The notes: generated by a model from the letters alone, not told the origin. Numbered from the whole stretch's first letter, positions 37,301-50,761 are shown. The stretch: DNA of 63,621 nt, filler included, from Hausera hauseri (GCA_046269625.1; 12 parts of 12 records of this genome joined end to end with filler, not necessarily neighbours in it); one strand, 5' to 3'. Numbers and translations: made by a program.

Positions 37301-38950
37301 AATGTTCAATCTTCAAAATTGAAGCCGTATTTCTTGGACTTCGGTTAACACCTCATGGCCACAGTGCTCTACCTGAGTGACTAGAAAATACCAAACAAGT
37401 ACCAAAGTCATCCATAGTGACTGGACTTCGCAGCTTCATTGGCACGATGAATTTCTGCCAAAGCTACATTCCACACTGTTCGGAAATACTGTCACCTCTA
37501 TCTGCTCTAAACCAAGGACCCAAGAAATCCCAGGTAACCTGGACGGATCAATCTGAACAGGCATTTGCCAATGCAAAAATGGCGCTTCTTCACATACCTA
37601 CACTGCACTATCCCAAACGAGATGCACCGTTTATCTTAACAACAAATGCATCCACAATCGCTCCAGGCACTATGCTTGCCCAATCAAGCTATGGAAAAAA
37701 TGCCCCCATTGAATTCTTTTCCCACAAATTCAATTCGCCTGAGCAACGTTATTCAATTTTTGACCGAGAAATACTAGCCATAATTCTCAGTATCAAACAC
37801 TTTTGACATTTCCTCGAAGGAAATGTGTTCACAATTCGCACGGATCACAAACCACTCATTCACATGATGAGTATGAAAAACCCATCGCCTCGTCAAAAGC
37901 GGTGTATCATATTTCTGTCGGAATTCTCATTCCAGATAGAACACAATTGGAAAAGATAACACAGTTGCTGATTTCTTTTCCAGAACTGGAATATCGACGA
38001 TATCTTTTGACCCAATTTTCACGGAATAGGTTCTCAGATCGAACCCTCTACATGAAGACGATGTTACGTTCTTCAAAACAGTCGACATAAAGGATAGAAT
38101 ACACTATAATAGCATCCTCAATGGTTGTCCACGCCCCATTCTGGCAAACCTACGGAAACACGCATTTGAAATCATTCAAACATCCATCACCCTGGATCAA
38201 AAGCCATAGCTCGCTTATTGAGCAGTAGAGCTTGTTGGCCTTGCATGCTAAGCAACATAAAGCGGTGGATAAAAGAATGTTCACTTTGCCAACAGTATAA
38301 AGTCAACAAGACAATACAACCACCAATTCTACACTATCCTACTAGCTCACAATTTGAAACCATGTATCTGTATTGTTAAATACACGGATTTCTCGGTTTG
38401 GATACCTAAAAACACTGTAACAGATCAAGGCACCCTGTTCGAATCAGCCAAGTTTAACCAATTAACCAAATCGCTTGACCTAAAGCACATATATATCGTC
38501 CTATCACCGGCAGGCGAATGGTTTGATCAAACGATTTCATCGTACACTCAAATCATCCTTACAAATCTTATGCCACAACAAGAACTGCCTGGATGCATTA
38601 ACCATTGTGCTATTAGGGAGGAGAAACACTCCAAACACTAATACCGATGCCTCTCCGGCACAACTATATTTTGTGCCCACCTCACATTCCCGCAAGATCT
38701 CGTGAGCAATGAGGAAGTAACTGTCATTCCCACCATGAACCAAGCTCAAAAGCATTTCTTGTCAATAGACACGAACCCTACATTACACAACAATCACAGA
38801 AACCACTCATGTCCGAGATTCTACAAGATGCGTCCTTTGCTTGGCTCAAAAGCCAGTAAAGACACTGTTTTGAACCGTACTACGTGAGTCTCTACAAGCT
38901 TATAGAAATCACTGAGCACAACGCCAAAATAACACGCGACAATGATGACC
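34370..38950 (+). mobile_element. Same Gypsy family, copy 4: gag end (two CHCC knuckles), -1 slippery site, PR, RT (interrupted), RNase H, integrase
   Basis: CHFHTRFG*SAYKCYLGC and CIYHINFGPEAKICQPGC; A AAA AAC TAA at 34538-34547; FLIDIGA; WASPLHMVLKKD; LRNASQTFQR; TTNAS/ADFFSR; HHPGSKA..CSLC; TDQGTLFES; IKRFHRTLK. Confidence 0.93.
35664..37285. mobile_element. 1.6-kb TG...CA-bounded insertion (solo LTR or truncated LTR element) nested in the RT of copy 4
   Basis: Removing it rejoins the RT reading RLNDNNLQ|VNINKCS. Flanks agt / aggt resemble a 4-bp TSD. A TGGCGAC PBS-like motif lies near 35996. Confidence 0.65.
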
Positions 38951-41140
38951 TTATAGTCTAGTTGTCGAATGTAAAACTCGCGTTCGGCTATCATGATTCC
39001 GATACGGAAGATCCTATTTAACAAGACGTACCAAGCATGTCAGAAGTAGACAAGCTTTGAGAAAACTACAAGAAAATTGATTCTTTCAATATGGATACTC
39101 TCATAGTATATGACCCGATCCCGGTCCAAGCTGAACGTACGGAACGTACAATACGCAACCAAACCCCTGCCGCACCGGTATCGAATCGCACCAGGAGTGC
39201 ATGAGGTACCCCGACTTCATTGAAACCCTACAGTAACTAAAAAGCAAATGCCTGGTTACACGTAGCATAAACGCTGCACCAAAACAGGTGAGGATCAAAC
39301 CTACAGTGCCAAAATCGACACTCGCTCATGCCATTTTAATAGACGAGTACGCTGCACGCTACCAGGCAACGCGCAATACAACTTGAAACAAGTGCCAAAT
39401 CGGCAAACACCATTCCTCATAGCGCTTTACTGAAAAACATGTTTCCCATGTATTGTCGAGTGTAAAATGCTGCCCACCATGGCGCATTAAAAACTCGCCG
39501 AACAATCTAACAAATCTCGGTTTCAATTTGACACGGTTAGCGAGTCACTCCACAACCATTGTTACCCTCAGTTGTTCCCAACGGCTTCTCTACATCTTCT
39601 AAAGATACGTAGGAATGCAATGAAACACCGACCAACCTTCAGTAAAGAAATAAGCTAATTTTTAATGTAATTAAATCCTAGTTGAAATTAAATAATTCCA
39701 TTGAAATTGTAGCACTCACGTTTATGTAAATGTCAGTAATTTTATGAAAAATTATTGAGTGAGAGAAAATTTTATATAATATTTCCAGTAGCACGTCTGA
39801 AATTTAAGTCATAAAGTCAAGTATTTAATACCTGTAAGTTGTGTAAAGTATTATGTAATGGCTGATTTTTTGTATTGTTTCTATCCAGCATTAACTTCAA
39901 TATATTCACCTAGCTATTGTGTGTGCATCCACCCACAACAGGTCGAGAAGAATGATGATAAACAATTTAGAAAATAAATTGCACCGCGCAAATGTAATGA
40001 AAAGCGATTATTCATATTTACACTCCAAAATATAGATAAAATGTTGATAAACAACAAACGTTACCTAAATTAAATTCCCATGCAACGTCCTCGAATTTGT
40101 GTCACATACAGGTTCATCTGATTTATTAAATAATTTGTTTAATTATTACAATATATAACCTAATTGAAATATAGAATTAGGTCGATAATATGGACCATAC
40201 GTAATATTTCCTGATAAATGTACTGGCAAAAATTAAAAATAAAATCAAACTATATATAATGTTAAGCTAAATTTAGAATATCAATTTTAAATTTTTCGTG
40301 TCAATTATTATCGTAAACAAATTATTACATCAAATGATTCCGAATGCTAATCCCTCACTTCCTGCAATGTATCANNNNNNNNNNNNNNNNNNNNNNNNNN
40401 NNNNNNNNNNNNNNNNNNTTAATTAATTAANNNNNNNNNNNNNNNNNNNNNNNNNNNNNNNNNNNNNNNNNNNNGAGAGGGAATATACAAAGATAATAAG
40501 GAATCATAAGGGAATATATCAGGAATATAGGAAAGGGAAATGGAAAACTCATATATATCTTGTGTGTGCTTGTGTGTTTGTATGTTTGTCCATGTAAGCA
40601 ATATAGGAAAGGAATGGCCAAAATATATGTCGTGTGTCCATGTGTGTGCGGGTAAAATGCGAGTAACTTTGAAAAATGAATGACTAAGATATGTGTCTTG
40701 TGAGTGTGTGTGTCCCACCAGGCGCCCCTCTGATCTGCATTCCTGCAGCAGTAGGCTAATCTCTGCTCAGCTGTCTGATATGGGACTGGAATAAGAAAAC
40801 TTTGCCTCCTGGATCATTCACTTATAACTTTTACAGGAATGTTAAACATTTTAAGTGGATTTTCATTTCAAATTGTTCCAAAGTTGCTGGGTGGTTCACA
40901 TATTTAAAATTCTCTTCATATTTCATCACAGTGTTTCTGAGACCGGCCTAACCGGATGGATTCTCTCGTTACGTCACAGTCTCACCTGGCCGCACCCCAA
41001 TGTTTCAGTACATTCCGACTCAGCATTTGGCACGGAATTAGCCAATCAGTCTTAAGTTTTATATTTATGGCAGAACTGTAGCTGTTCATTGAGGCTTACA
41101 TTTTATTTTCTAAAGGCGCGGGATTCTTCTTTTCATCTTT

Positions 41141-41308
41141 ATTAAATAATTTGATTTTTTCATATTGACCTTATATGACGTCAATTGAATAATTCACTAA
41201 CCTTACATGACATCAACCGAATAATCCGATGTCAAATGTTAACTTTTCGATATAATTTAAATAATCTCGATCAATTTAAATAATTTCGATCAATTTAAAT
41301 AGTTTCGA
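41141..41308 (+). repeat. Direct repeat A (second copy 45322-45488), followed by a ~20-bp tandem tcgatcaatttaaataatt
   Basis: Near-identical ~165-bp blocks visible at both positions. Confidence 0.9.
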
Positions 41309-41623
41309 TAAAAATAATTTCGATATCAATAACCTCGATATAATTTAGATAAAATAATTTCGATATAATTTGGATAACTTATAACTCGAATAGCGGCCGT
41401 GAAATAGGGTTACAGTCAATATACAGGAAACAGCACAATAAAAATGCCCATCATGGAGGCTTAACAATACAAATAAAGGAATGAAAATCAGTGTCAAATT
41501 ATCAAGAGAGTATTTCAGGATATCTTCTTTTCAGAATGTCAAATCAGAGTTGTCGAATGTCAAATCAGTGTCAAATTATCAAGAGTATTTCAGGATATCT
41601 TTTTTTTCAAGATATCCTAACAC

Positions 41624-41726
41624 TGTGAAAACTTAATTCTACATCGAATGGCGTATAAATTAACTTATTTTGTTTTTCAAGTTGTGACGCAGCACAAAAC
41701 TGCACAACTTTTTGTATTTTTTTACA
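41624..41726 (+). repeat. Direct repeat B, 103 bp, TG...CA bounded (second copy 44830-44932, 2 mismatches)
   Basis: tgtgaaaacttaattctacatcgaatgg...ttttaca occurs at both sites. Confidence 0.9.
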
Positions 41727-44319
41727 CTTAGATCGAGATAACATCATATTGTATTGTAGATTCTTGTAGAGAATATATTGTTACATCTTTTTGTCATAAT
41801 AATTTTATTCGAATTCTGCTTGGTTTTAAAATTAGATTGAAAAATCAATTTAAATTTGACTTAGAAACTTTCAAAATGTAATTCTCACAACTTTACACCA
41901 AATTTGCTCCATGAATAATAATTGTACGCGCATGTTTGATATATCATTCTAAAGCCAAGCAACAGGTCTTTATCGTGATATAACTTGTAGTAGCATATGT
42001 ATTTCCAATTTTAACTTATTTTAAACCCGCTTTATTTTTTCTGAAATCATTTTATAATTTACAAATACTCAAAATAATGCATTAGAATGGAAACAGAAAA
42101 ACCTTAAGTGTATGAAGTTACAAAGGATGCAGATATAATTATAAAATATGGTTTATTTCCAAAATTATTTCACAGTATGAGATTGTAAATCGAAAGTTTT
42201 GAGGTAGAGAAAATTAATAATCCTGCAATTTACAGTGAAATGTTAAATTATGTTTTAACCAGCAACAATTATAAAAAGGAATATGATGGAATGTCTAGTT
42301 ATATTCCATGTTGGCTTACTGGATGAGTGATTCATAGTTCAGCTGGAATTCGTGCTCAAATTTTAGCCGTACGTGAATAGCTTATTTGACATCAGTCCAG
42401 ATTCGATGGGAACCTTATATCACCGTGCATCGTTGCTTATTGCTAGGTGATGTGCTCGGACGGACCGTTATATATCAAGGGCTTAACCGCTAGGTTCGGT
42501 CTGCTTTCGATTGAAAACGACACGCAGTTCACAATGGCGAACTGGGCGACATTGGACGAGGCGAACGGACGTGACTAATGTTGGCACTGCATACTTCTAC
42601 GAAAAATAGCTCCTTGACGCAGAGGCTTTCCGATTTTCCTGGAACGTGAGTTCTGCGGCAGCACGGTAACGCTGGGCTAACTGCATTTATTTCCTTTGTA
42701 TTTACATTTGTCAAACCGAAATTCACCCCGAAAGACGACAAGACTCAGTCAAACTCTAATTACTATTTGCCAAATTTTATTTAACAAAATTACAAGATTT
42801 CGAGCGGCTTAAATTACAATCAGACAATTTATTTATTACTAGGATAACTTGGCTAAAATCATGCACAAGGATCGTTGTAAAAATTCGTCTTACTATTTTT
42901 TGTGTGCCTTAAGTTCATCGAGACGACTTATATACCGTTCGGGAGTCGCAAATAAAATCCCGTCGACAATTAAAAAATTCGGTTTTCGGGTTTCTCAAAT
43001 GAACCTCAGATCAGAATTGTTTTTTTTTTTTGAAATTGCTCTTGCAATTATCCAAATGGGCCGCCGGGTCTTCCTACATGAGCCAGAAATCGGAAAGTTC
43101 TGCTCGAGCAATTATCGAAATTGAATTGAGAGTTGGATGGAACAATTATGAGTCAGAGCAATTTTTGGAATTAGAAGGTCGGCAATTATTGGGAATTCCG
43201 CATTTGTGCGAGTAATTAAATTTATGCGGCTCCGACGAGTTATTAACTGGAATTTAGAATTTCCAAATTCCGAAATTAAATACTCCGGGTCATGAGGCCA
43301 TTATTTGTATGGTATAAATGTTATAATTATTATTATTGTCATTATTAATAAGTTTGACATTTTCAATCCTGACTTCAAATGGCGGGATATTCATATACGA
43401 GGATTATATCATCATTATTTCTTTACTAAGATTCCGAAAAATGAGAATACAACAAAATATTTGGCAATCGTTTGATTTTCGTATTTTCAGAAGGGACAGA
43501 GAAATAGAAATATTTCTCCGTTATTTCGCGATAAAATGTCCCGGATGAAAGTATGCACCATTGTGTTGAAAATAGGATAATTTGCACTGTCACTTATCCA
43601 TTATGCGATACGTCACATTGACACTTGCGTATTTCATGTTTTATTTGGGATATTAGTTAATTATTTTGATTAGTCATTTACTTTGCCGCCTTGGCTAACA
43701 ACAATTTACAATCCGCAGGGATGGTGGAGATACCCATATATATTTTTTCATATTGTTTGAATATTCAAAAATCAGAATTGAAATAAAAAAATTGCATACC
43801 TGTTTTTTACAAATTGATTTTTAAATTAAGTTTCAGTTTTAATATACTTATTTTACGTTACTTCGTATTTTGTTTTACTCTTGTCTAATGATGGAAAATC
43901 AGAATTCAGTTCTAAAATCATTAAATCCCCCATGGATGTTTATGTTCAAAATTTCGGGGTGCAAAAAATCGTTGGCTTCAGGGGTCGATTCGAGTACTCC
44001 AAAATGTCGATAAGTTATTTTGATGGTTCTTACTTGATCCTAATTACAGAATGCCGGTTACTAATACCAGAAAATCATATTTGCCGTCAGAGTTATTGCG
44101 GCACACAGGCCAGGCTCAGCCATGATTCGTCGGAAATTTCAACAAAATACAAACAGGGTAAGTCCGGTTAATGTCACTAAAACACCCGGTTATTATTTAT
44201 CACAAAGTGCTGTATGTTTATGAAGTTTTTGAACGGTAAGACCAAACATTTACACCAGTAAATGGTACTTTCCATCGTCTAGTAACGCGCTATCAAAGAC
44301 CAACTCGCCAATAAGTACG

Positions 44320-44670
44320 CCCATTATCACCTCGCCGGAGACAAGCCGTTGAAGCAGAATTTCTAGATCTTAAACGTTTTACAGCATAATCAGAAGATTC
44401 AAGTAACCTTGTTCCTCGCCTCTACATGTAGTACAGAAGAAAGACGAATCTTTTAGGCCATGCTGTGATTACCGACAACTGGATAAACTCACCATTATGG
44501 ACGCTTATCCTTTACTGCTAATTAAAGATATCTTACACAGACTAAATTCTACAACTGTATACTCGACTATCGAAATGGTAAAGGCATACCATCAAATACC
44601 CGTAGCTCCAGATGATATAAAAAAACAGCCGTAGAAATACCTTTCGGCTTGTACGATTTTGCTTCGTTCT
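44320..44670 (+). mobile_element. Gypsy RT fragment (same family)
   Basis: SSPLHVVQKKDESFRPCCDYRQLDKLTIMDAYPL...AYHQIPVAPDDI, then TAVEIPFGLYDF, with stops and frameshifts. Confidence 0.85.
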
Positions 44671-45946
44671 CGAGTTATACACCAAAAACAGAATTACATA
44701 ATCTAACTTTAAATAAAACAACAAATTTATATATAACACTTAGAAATATTTTGAAGTCTATTAAATTTTGTTTTTATCAAGAAAAGTTTTCTTCCTTAAA
44801 TAATTAAAATTTTTCTGAAAATACTATCCTGTGAAAACTTAATTCTACATCGAATGGTGTATAAATTAACTTATTTTGTTTTTCAAGTTGTGACGCAGCA
44901 CAAAACTGCACAACTTTTTGTACTTTTTTACACATATGAGCACATACACACGACCACCGAGCAGCATTTAAAATATCAATAAATCATTTATAATTTTACC
45001 ATTCATAATTTCCTCGGGAATCTGATTAACATTGGAAGCCATCTTTGAACGGATTATCGTGACGTTTTCTTGAAGAGACACTAGATTATTTTCTATACTC
45101 GAATTAACTCAAGCAACCAGATGTCAAGCTATTACCTTGAATCTAAAAGTTGTTTTCTGCGCTGGATTACACGTAAAAATATATGAGAGAGCAAGTTAGT
45201 TCTTTTGTTACAGGTCGCGTATTTATATCTGATTGTTAGTTCGAATGACGTCAATTTAATTCCAAAATCCAATTCTCGAACGTCATTCGAATTTTCAATT
45301 CCAATGTTCAATATTCAATGAATTAAATAATCTGATTTTTAATATTGACCTTATATGAAGTCAATTGAATAATTCATTAACCTTACATAACATCAACCGA
45401 ATAATCCGATTTCAAATGTTAACTTTTCGATATAATTTAAATAATCTCGATCAATTTAAATAATTTCGATCAATTTAAATAGTTTCGANNNNNNNNNNNN
45501 NNNNNNNNNNNNNNNNNNNNNNNNNNNNNNNNTTAATTAATTAANNNNNNNNNNNNNNNNNNNNNNNNNNNNNNNNNNNNNNNNNNNNGTTTCGCAAAAT
45601 TTATTATTTTAAATTTATGTCGATAAACAAAATCCTAAAAATGACCTTGAAAAATTTAATACGAAATTATTATCCACAATGTTTACTTTGTATTTTCAAA
45701 AATTTTCTCAAGCAAACCAAATGTGTAAAATATTTCATGATCATAAAAAATCAAAAATTAATGATTTTGTGAAATTTGTTCACAAACAATAACAACGATT
45801 AAATTTTAATAAAAAATTTTGTTTGTAAAATTTCGAAATTTTCATTTAAAAAAATTTTTTTAGCACATTTAATTTTGAATATTTTGGACAAAAAATTTAT
45901 TTTGTTCCAAAATTCGTAATTTTTTCTATCATAAAATATTTATAGT

Positions 45947-48900
45947 ATGTCCAGCAATCGCCACAGACCGAATTATAGACAACACACTGGTGATCCAACT
46001 CCATTTAACGAACGGGGTATCGGCGATATATCCGCAATCCAGCGAGAACAAAAAGAGCGAGAATACAAACGGAAATACGGAACCGATAACGTAAGTAACA
46101 AACGTCGACGGAGAGATGATGAACGGCATAAAGAATGGGAAGAGAGTGATTGTCGACGATCGTATGATAATGAGCGAATACTTACACCGCGAACTGATCG
46201 GACAAAAATCAATACACCATCTTGTACACTGTGGGATGCGGATGATGATGAAAATGGCGGTTCAGTTAGAACACCGAGAAGACGCGACCCACAGTCCGAT
46301 AGTTGGGATGAAGATAAACATGTGTTCAAACAACCTAATCCTGTGATAAAGGGAAAGGATTTTACACCATCGGTTCGTTCAGACCGATCAAATTGGTCTC
46401 CTAACACAGTTACCGAAGAACTTGATAGAGATTGGTACAATCTGGATGATGGGGTGGAATACAATCCATTCAGCAACGTATCCGATGAACTGACCCATAA
46501 AAAGAAGCAGCAACTTCAACAACAATTGTCGAAAGGGGCTCGCAGTTTGAGAGATGTGAAAGAACGCGAATTTCAAGAGTTCAATCGGGCCTACGAGGAG
46601 AAGAAACTTCTCGATTCTGGAGCAGTAGTAAAACGGTCATTCAACGTCGAAATCGATAATGAAGATACCGGACAAGATTTAATCCATATTCACGTTCACA
46701 ACATTTTACCTCCATTTCTTGACGGACGAATTGTATTTACTAAACAATTCGAACCTATTGTGCCAGTGAAGGATGAAAATAGTGAAATGGCCAAAATTGC
46801 TAAAAATGGCAGCCAAACTGTGAAATATTTTCGGGACCTGAAAGATAAACTGAAGTCACAGAAAAGGAGTTTGGATCTAACTGGTACGTCATTGGGACGA
46901 CTTATTGGAATGGAGACTAAGGATAAAGTTGATAATTGGAACGAATCGAACTATAAAGATGCCATGAAATACTCAGATAAAATGGACCAGGAAGTTACAA
47001 AAGAGGACAGTGAGAAGATAAAAATTACAAGGAAAACTCTGCCGATATTCAAAGTTCGAGATCGATTAGTGAAGTTCATCAGAGAGAATCAAATACTGGT
47101 CATTATTGGAGAAACTGGCAGTGGGAAAACGACACAGTTGGCCCAGTACCTTTATGAAGAAGGATTCAGTCAAAATGGTATCATCGGCTGTACTCAACCT
47201 CGTCGAGTTGCTGCAGTGTCTGTGGCCAAACGAGTGGCTGATGAAGTTGGCACGAAACTTGGAGGTAAAGTTGGTTATTCGATCAGATTCGAGGACTGTA
47301 AAAGTGATGAAACAGTAATCAAATACATGACCGATGGTATCCTACTAAGAGAGAGTCTGAAGGACTCCGATTTAGATGCATATTCGGTCATTATTATGGA
47401 CGAAGCCCACGAACGAACATTAAACACAGATATTCTATTCGGCATCCTTAAAGAGATCGTTCAAAGGCGATCAGATCTTCGATTGATTGTGACATCGGCT
47501 ACCATGGACGCCGAGAAATTTTCCAAGTTTTTTGGAAATTGCCCAACATACACAATCCCCGGTCGAACTTATCCAGTAGATATAAAATACGAAAAGACTA
47601 GTATTCTCGATCCAGTCAGTGCTGCTGTAAATAAGGCAGTCGATACACACATTGGGACTGATACAGATAGTGGCGATATTCTCGTCTTCATGTCGGGTCA
47701 GGAAGATGTCGAGGTAACTTGTGAGAAAATTCGAGAATCATTGGAACAACTTGCTGATAAAAATCCGCCAGAGTTGAAGGTCGAGCCGCTATATTCGCAG
47801 TTGTCGAGTGATCGACAGTCAGAAGTATTCAAGGTAAATAAGGGAGGACCACGGCGATGTATCGTATCTACGAATATTGCCGAAACATCTGTAACACTCG
47901 ATGGTATTCGATATGTCATAGATAATGGGTACTGCAAAATGAAAGTGTATAATTCCCGTATTGGCATGGATTCCCTACAAATGTACCCCATAAGTCAGGC
48001 CAGTTCAAATCAACGTGCTGGTCGAGCAGGTAGAACTGGTCCAGGAATATGCTATCGATTGTATACAATTAAACAATACACCGAAGATATGTTATGCATG
48101 AGTGTTCCCGAAATCCAAAGAACGAATTTAACGAATGTTGTCCTGTTATTGAAGTCACTAAATGTCGACGACTTGATGAAATTTAATTTTATGGATTCTC
48201 CACCTCAAGACAATATCCTGAATTCCATGTACCAGTTATGGATGTTGGGTGCTCTAGACTCCACAGGGAAACTCACAAAAGTTGGTCGATCAATGGCCGA
48301 ATTCCCACTCGATCCATCTCTATCCAAAATGCTCATGACATCTGTTGAACACGATTGTTCGGAAGAAATGCTAACAATCGTGTCAATGCTCAGTGTTCCG
48401 TCCATTTTCTCCAGACCAATGGGACATCAAGAAGAAGCTGATAACGCCCATGAAAAATTCAAAGTTGCACAATCCGATCATTTAACATTGTTGAATGTGT
48501 ATAATACATGGCGTCGAGAAGCATATTCATCGAACTTCTGTAAGAAATATTTCATTCATTACAAGTCCATAAAGCGAGTGAGAGAAGTTCGACAACAGCT
48601 GAAAGAAATCATGCAGAAAATGGACATGGGACTGAGATCGACAGATAATTTCGATATAGTTCGATACTGCATCTGTTCGGCTTATTTCAGTCAGGCCTGT
48701 AAATGGAAAGGTCTGGGCGAATATACAAACTTACGTAGCGGAGTTGTGTGTCACCTTCACCCCACAAGTTCGTTGTTTAGTATGGCATTCAATGCCGACT
48801 ATGTGGTATACCACGAACTCCTTATGACAACTAAGGAATACATGAATTATGTGACCCATGTGGATGCCAGATGGCTCGCTGAACTCGGTAGTATGTTCTA

Positions 48901-49108
48901 CAGTATTAAGGAGAAGGGTGAGTCAGCATGGAGACGACAAATCAAAGAACAAATGACAGTGGATAGGATGGAAAATGAAATGCAGCGAAGTGAACGAGAA
49001 AATTCTGACAGAAATGATGAAAAGCGAAAAGTCGAGTCAGAACGTCGAGCAAATAGCGAACGGAGGGTAACATATGATAGGCCTCGATCAAGTAGATATG
49101 GTATTTGA
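45947..49108 (+). CDS. DHX38: Pre-mRNA splicing DEAH-box helicase PRP16, intronless, 1053 aa
   Basis: Helicase motifs GETGSGKT, TQPRRVAA, DEAH, SAT, TNIAETS and QRAGRAGRTGPG. PRP16-specific LDRDWY and PPFLDGRIVFTKQFEPIVPVKD. HA2/OB C-terminus; intact frame. Confidence 0.97.
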   Translation: MSSNRHRPNYRQHTGDPTPFNERGIGDISAIQREQKEREYKRKYGTDNVSNKRRRRDDERHKEWEESDCRRSYDNERILTPRTDRTKINTPSCTLWDADDDENGGSVRTPRRRDPQSDSWDEDKHVFKQPNPVIKGKDFTPSVRSDRSNWSPNTVTEELDRDWYNLDDGVEYNPFSNVSDELTHKKKQQLQQQLSKGARSLRDVKEREFQEFNRAYEEKKLLDSGAVVKRSFNVEIDNEDTGQDLIHIHVHNILPPFLDGRIVFTKQFEPIVPVKDENSEMAKIAKNGSQTVKYFRDLKDKLKSQKRSLDLTGTSLGRLIGMETKDKVDNWNESNYKDAMKYSDKMDQEVTKEDSEKIKITRKTLPIFKVRDRLVKFIRENQILVIIGETGSGKTTQLAQYLYEEGFSQNGIIGCTQPRRVAAVSVAKRVADEVGTKLGGKVGYSIRFEDCKSDETVIKYMTDGILLRESLKDSDLDAYSVIIMDEAHERTLNTDILFGILKEIVQRRSDLRLIVTSATMDAEKFSKFFGNCPTYTIPGRTYPVDIKYEKTSILDPVSAAVNKAVDTHIGTDTDSGDILVFMSGQEDVEVTCEKIRESLEQLADKNPPELKVEPLYSQLSSDRQSEVFKVNKGGPRRCIVSTNIAETSVTLDGIRYVIDNGYCKMKVYNSRIGMDSLQMYPISQASSNQRAGRAGRTGPGICYRLYTIKQYTEDMLCMSVPEIQRTNLTNVVLLLKSLNVDDLMKFNFMDSPPQDNILNSMYQLWMLGALDSTGKLTKVGRSMAEFPLDPSLSKMLMTSVEHDCSEEMLTIVSMLSVPSIFSRPMGHQEEADNAHEKFKVAQSDHLTLLNVYNTWRREAYSSNFCKKYFIHYKSIKRVREVRQQLKEIMQKMDMGLRSTDNFDIVRYCICSAYFSQACKWKGLGEYTNLRSGVVCHLHPTSSLFSMAFNADYVVYHELLMTTKEYMNYVTHVDARWLAELGSMFYSIKEKGESAWRRQIKEQMTVDRMENEMQRSERENSDRNDEKRKVESERRANSERRVTYDRPRSSRYGI

Positions 49109-49596
49109 GTTTCTTTTAGAAATACATATTTTTTTCGAATAGTTTTGTTGTCAAGGAAAATAACAGTGCAATTTACCTGGGATACAAATATTTGAGCAAA
49201 AAAATCGAATATCCGTTTGTTTAACTGTTGCTATGGATCTGGACTACATTTAAACAAACGGATAATCGATTTATTACTGATTTCAACGTATGACTCTTAA
49301 TGTGAGTTACCATTGGAAATTATTATCATTTAAACAAACAAGATTTGGCTTTGAATTGACAAGATGAGTTAGTAAAATCAAAATACTTCTCAATGCGTGT
49401 GTAGGCTGGTTGACCAATTAGTTAACAATTTTGTGTGCGTGTTACTTAGTCTGATAAAACAAAACTGCATTTCTAATATTGATTTTCACTCTGATTATTG
49501 TTTGGTTGAATCAAACTATAGTGCTAACAAGCAATTTAGTAACCATTACAGAACTTCTAAACTTTGTTTTCACGGATACGAATTAATATTGTTGGA

Positions 49597-50029
49597 ATGG
49601 ATGTTAAATACAGCGTAAGAAAAAATATTCGAACAATATTTGTAATAGAATAATTTCTAGAATTACTGCCCGAATAATCCCGTTGTTGTTCGAGAAGCAA
49701 CTTTTCAGACTGAGAGAAGAAAGATACAAAGAGAAGCATTGAAACGGTGTGACTCGAATTTCCAAAAATACCCGAATGAATGTACAGCACCCGTATTGCC
49801 CAACAATACAATTCGATATCCGGTATATCTATTTAACGTTCCTGAAGAACAAAATCTGCGTCAACACACAGTTTTGAGTCCGATTTATGGACGTAAACAT
49901 CCATTTCAAATTATGCATCGCCATCTTGACAACACCCCTCATGATCAAATGTGGCCAATTTTTCAGTATCAGTTTAAACAACGGCCGGAATGTGCCGAAC
50001 GATTGCGAATACCCCATTTCAAATACTAG
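49597..50029 (+). CDS. Putative small two-exon gene (~129 aa, unknown function); intron 49615-49660
   Basis: ATG GAT GTT AAA TAC AGC|GTAAGA...TTTCTAG|AAT TAC TGC. This 46-bp canonical phase-0 intron joins MDVKYS to the open frame ending PHFKY*. Confidence 0.45.
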
Positions 50030-50497
50030 TTTGAACTTGTTACCTTTTTTGATGTGATCTTCTACTTTTAGATTTTTATACGTTTTACATATGTTATTGA
50101 TGTTTTTATCGTTTGCCGTGCATTTGATGTATTTCTGATGGAAATATATATTTTTGTCATTTTAGTAATCGATGACTGTGGGTATCGACAAAAATATGAG
50201 AATTTGAAATCCATATAACAATATTATACATTCTCATAATATATTTATTTTTATTGATTTTCAATTAACTTATTTTCATACAGCGATAACGGTTGATCTA
50301 CTTTTTCAGGGTTCCACATTTTCCCATTAATGACTATTGGTCGATTTTGTTGGAAATGATGCATTTGCGTAACATTTGTTATGGNNNNNNNNNNCTTATA
50401 TTGATTGTTGTAAATTTGACGTTGCTGGTGACCGTTTCCTGTGATGGAATTGTCAAATTTTCTGGTTCAGTAAAGTGCCTTTCTCAAGTTACACAAG

Positions 50498-50661
50498 TAG
50501 TAGGATGTGAGCATACTGCGCCATACCCCACCTTCTCCCAGGGAAAGAGAAAAGATTTGGTTCGGGATGAGTCATGGGGTAGAAAAAATGCTACACACAT
50601 ACACGGTTTTTAGGGTGGAGATAGGAGACAGTCACAAAGTGGATACACACAAGCATGCGAA
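50498..50661 (+). repeat. Dispersed LTR-like repeat (second copy ~63303-63465)
   Basis: Shared cagggaa.gagaaaaga..tggtt.g...atgagtcat.gggtagaaaaa...tacac.ca...gatacacacaagca. The second copy starts TGTAGG. Confidence 0.7.
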
Positions 50662-50761
50662 NNNNNNNNNNNNNNNNNNNNNNNNNNNNNNNNNNNNNNN
50701 NNNNNTTAATTAATTAANNNNNNNNNNNNNNNNNNNNNNNNNNNNNNNNNNNNNNNNNNNN

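Noticed and set aside
42300-42760. GC-richer island as a possible structured RNA or rDNA spacer
   Set aside because: No recognisable rRNA, tRNA or snRNA motifs; it cannot be supported without a covariance-model search.
45973-46476. Antisense 167-aa ORF inside DHX38
   Set aside because: Shadow ORF of the R/D/E-rich N-terminus of PRP16.
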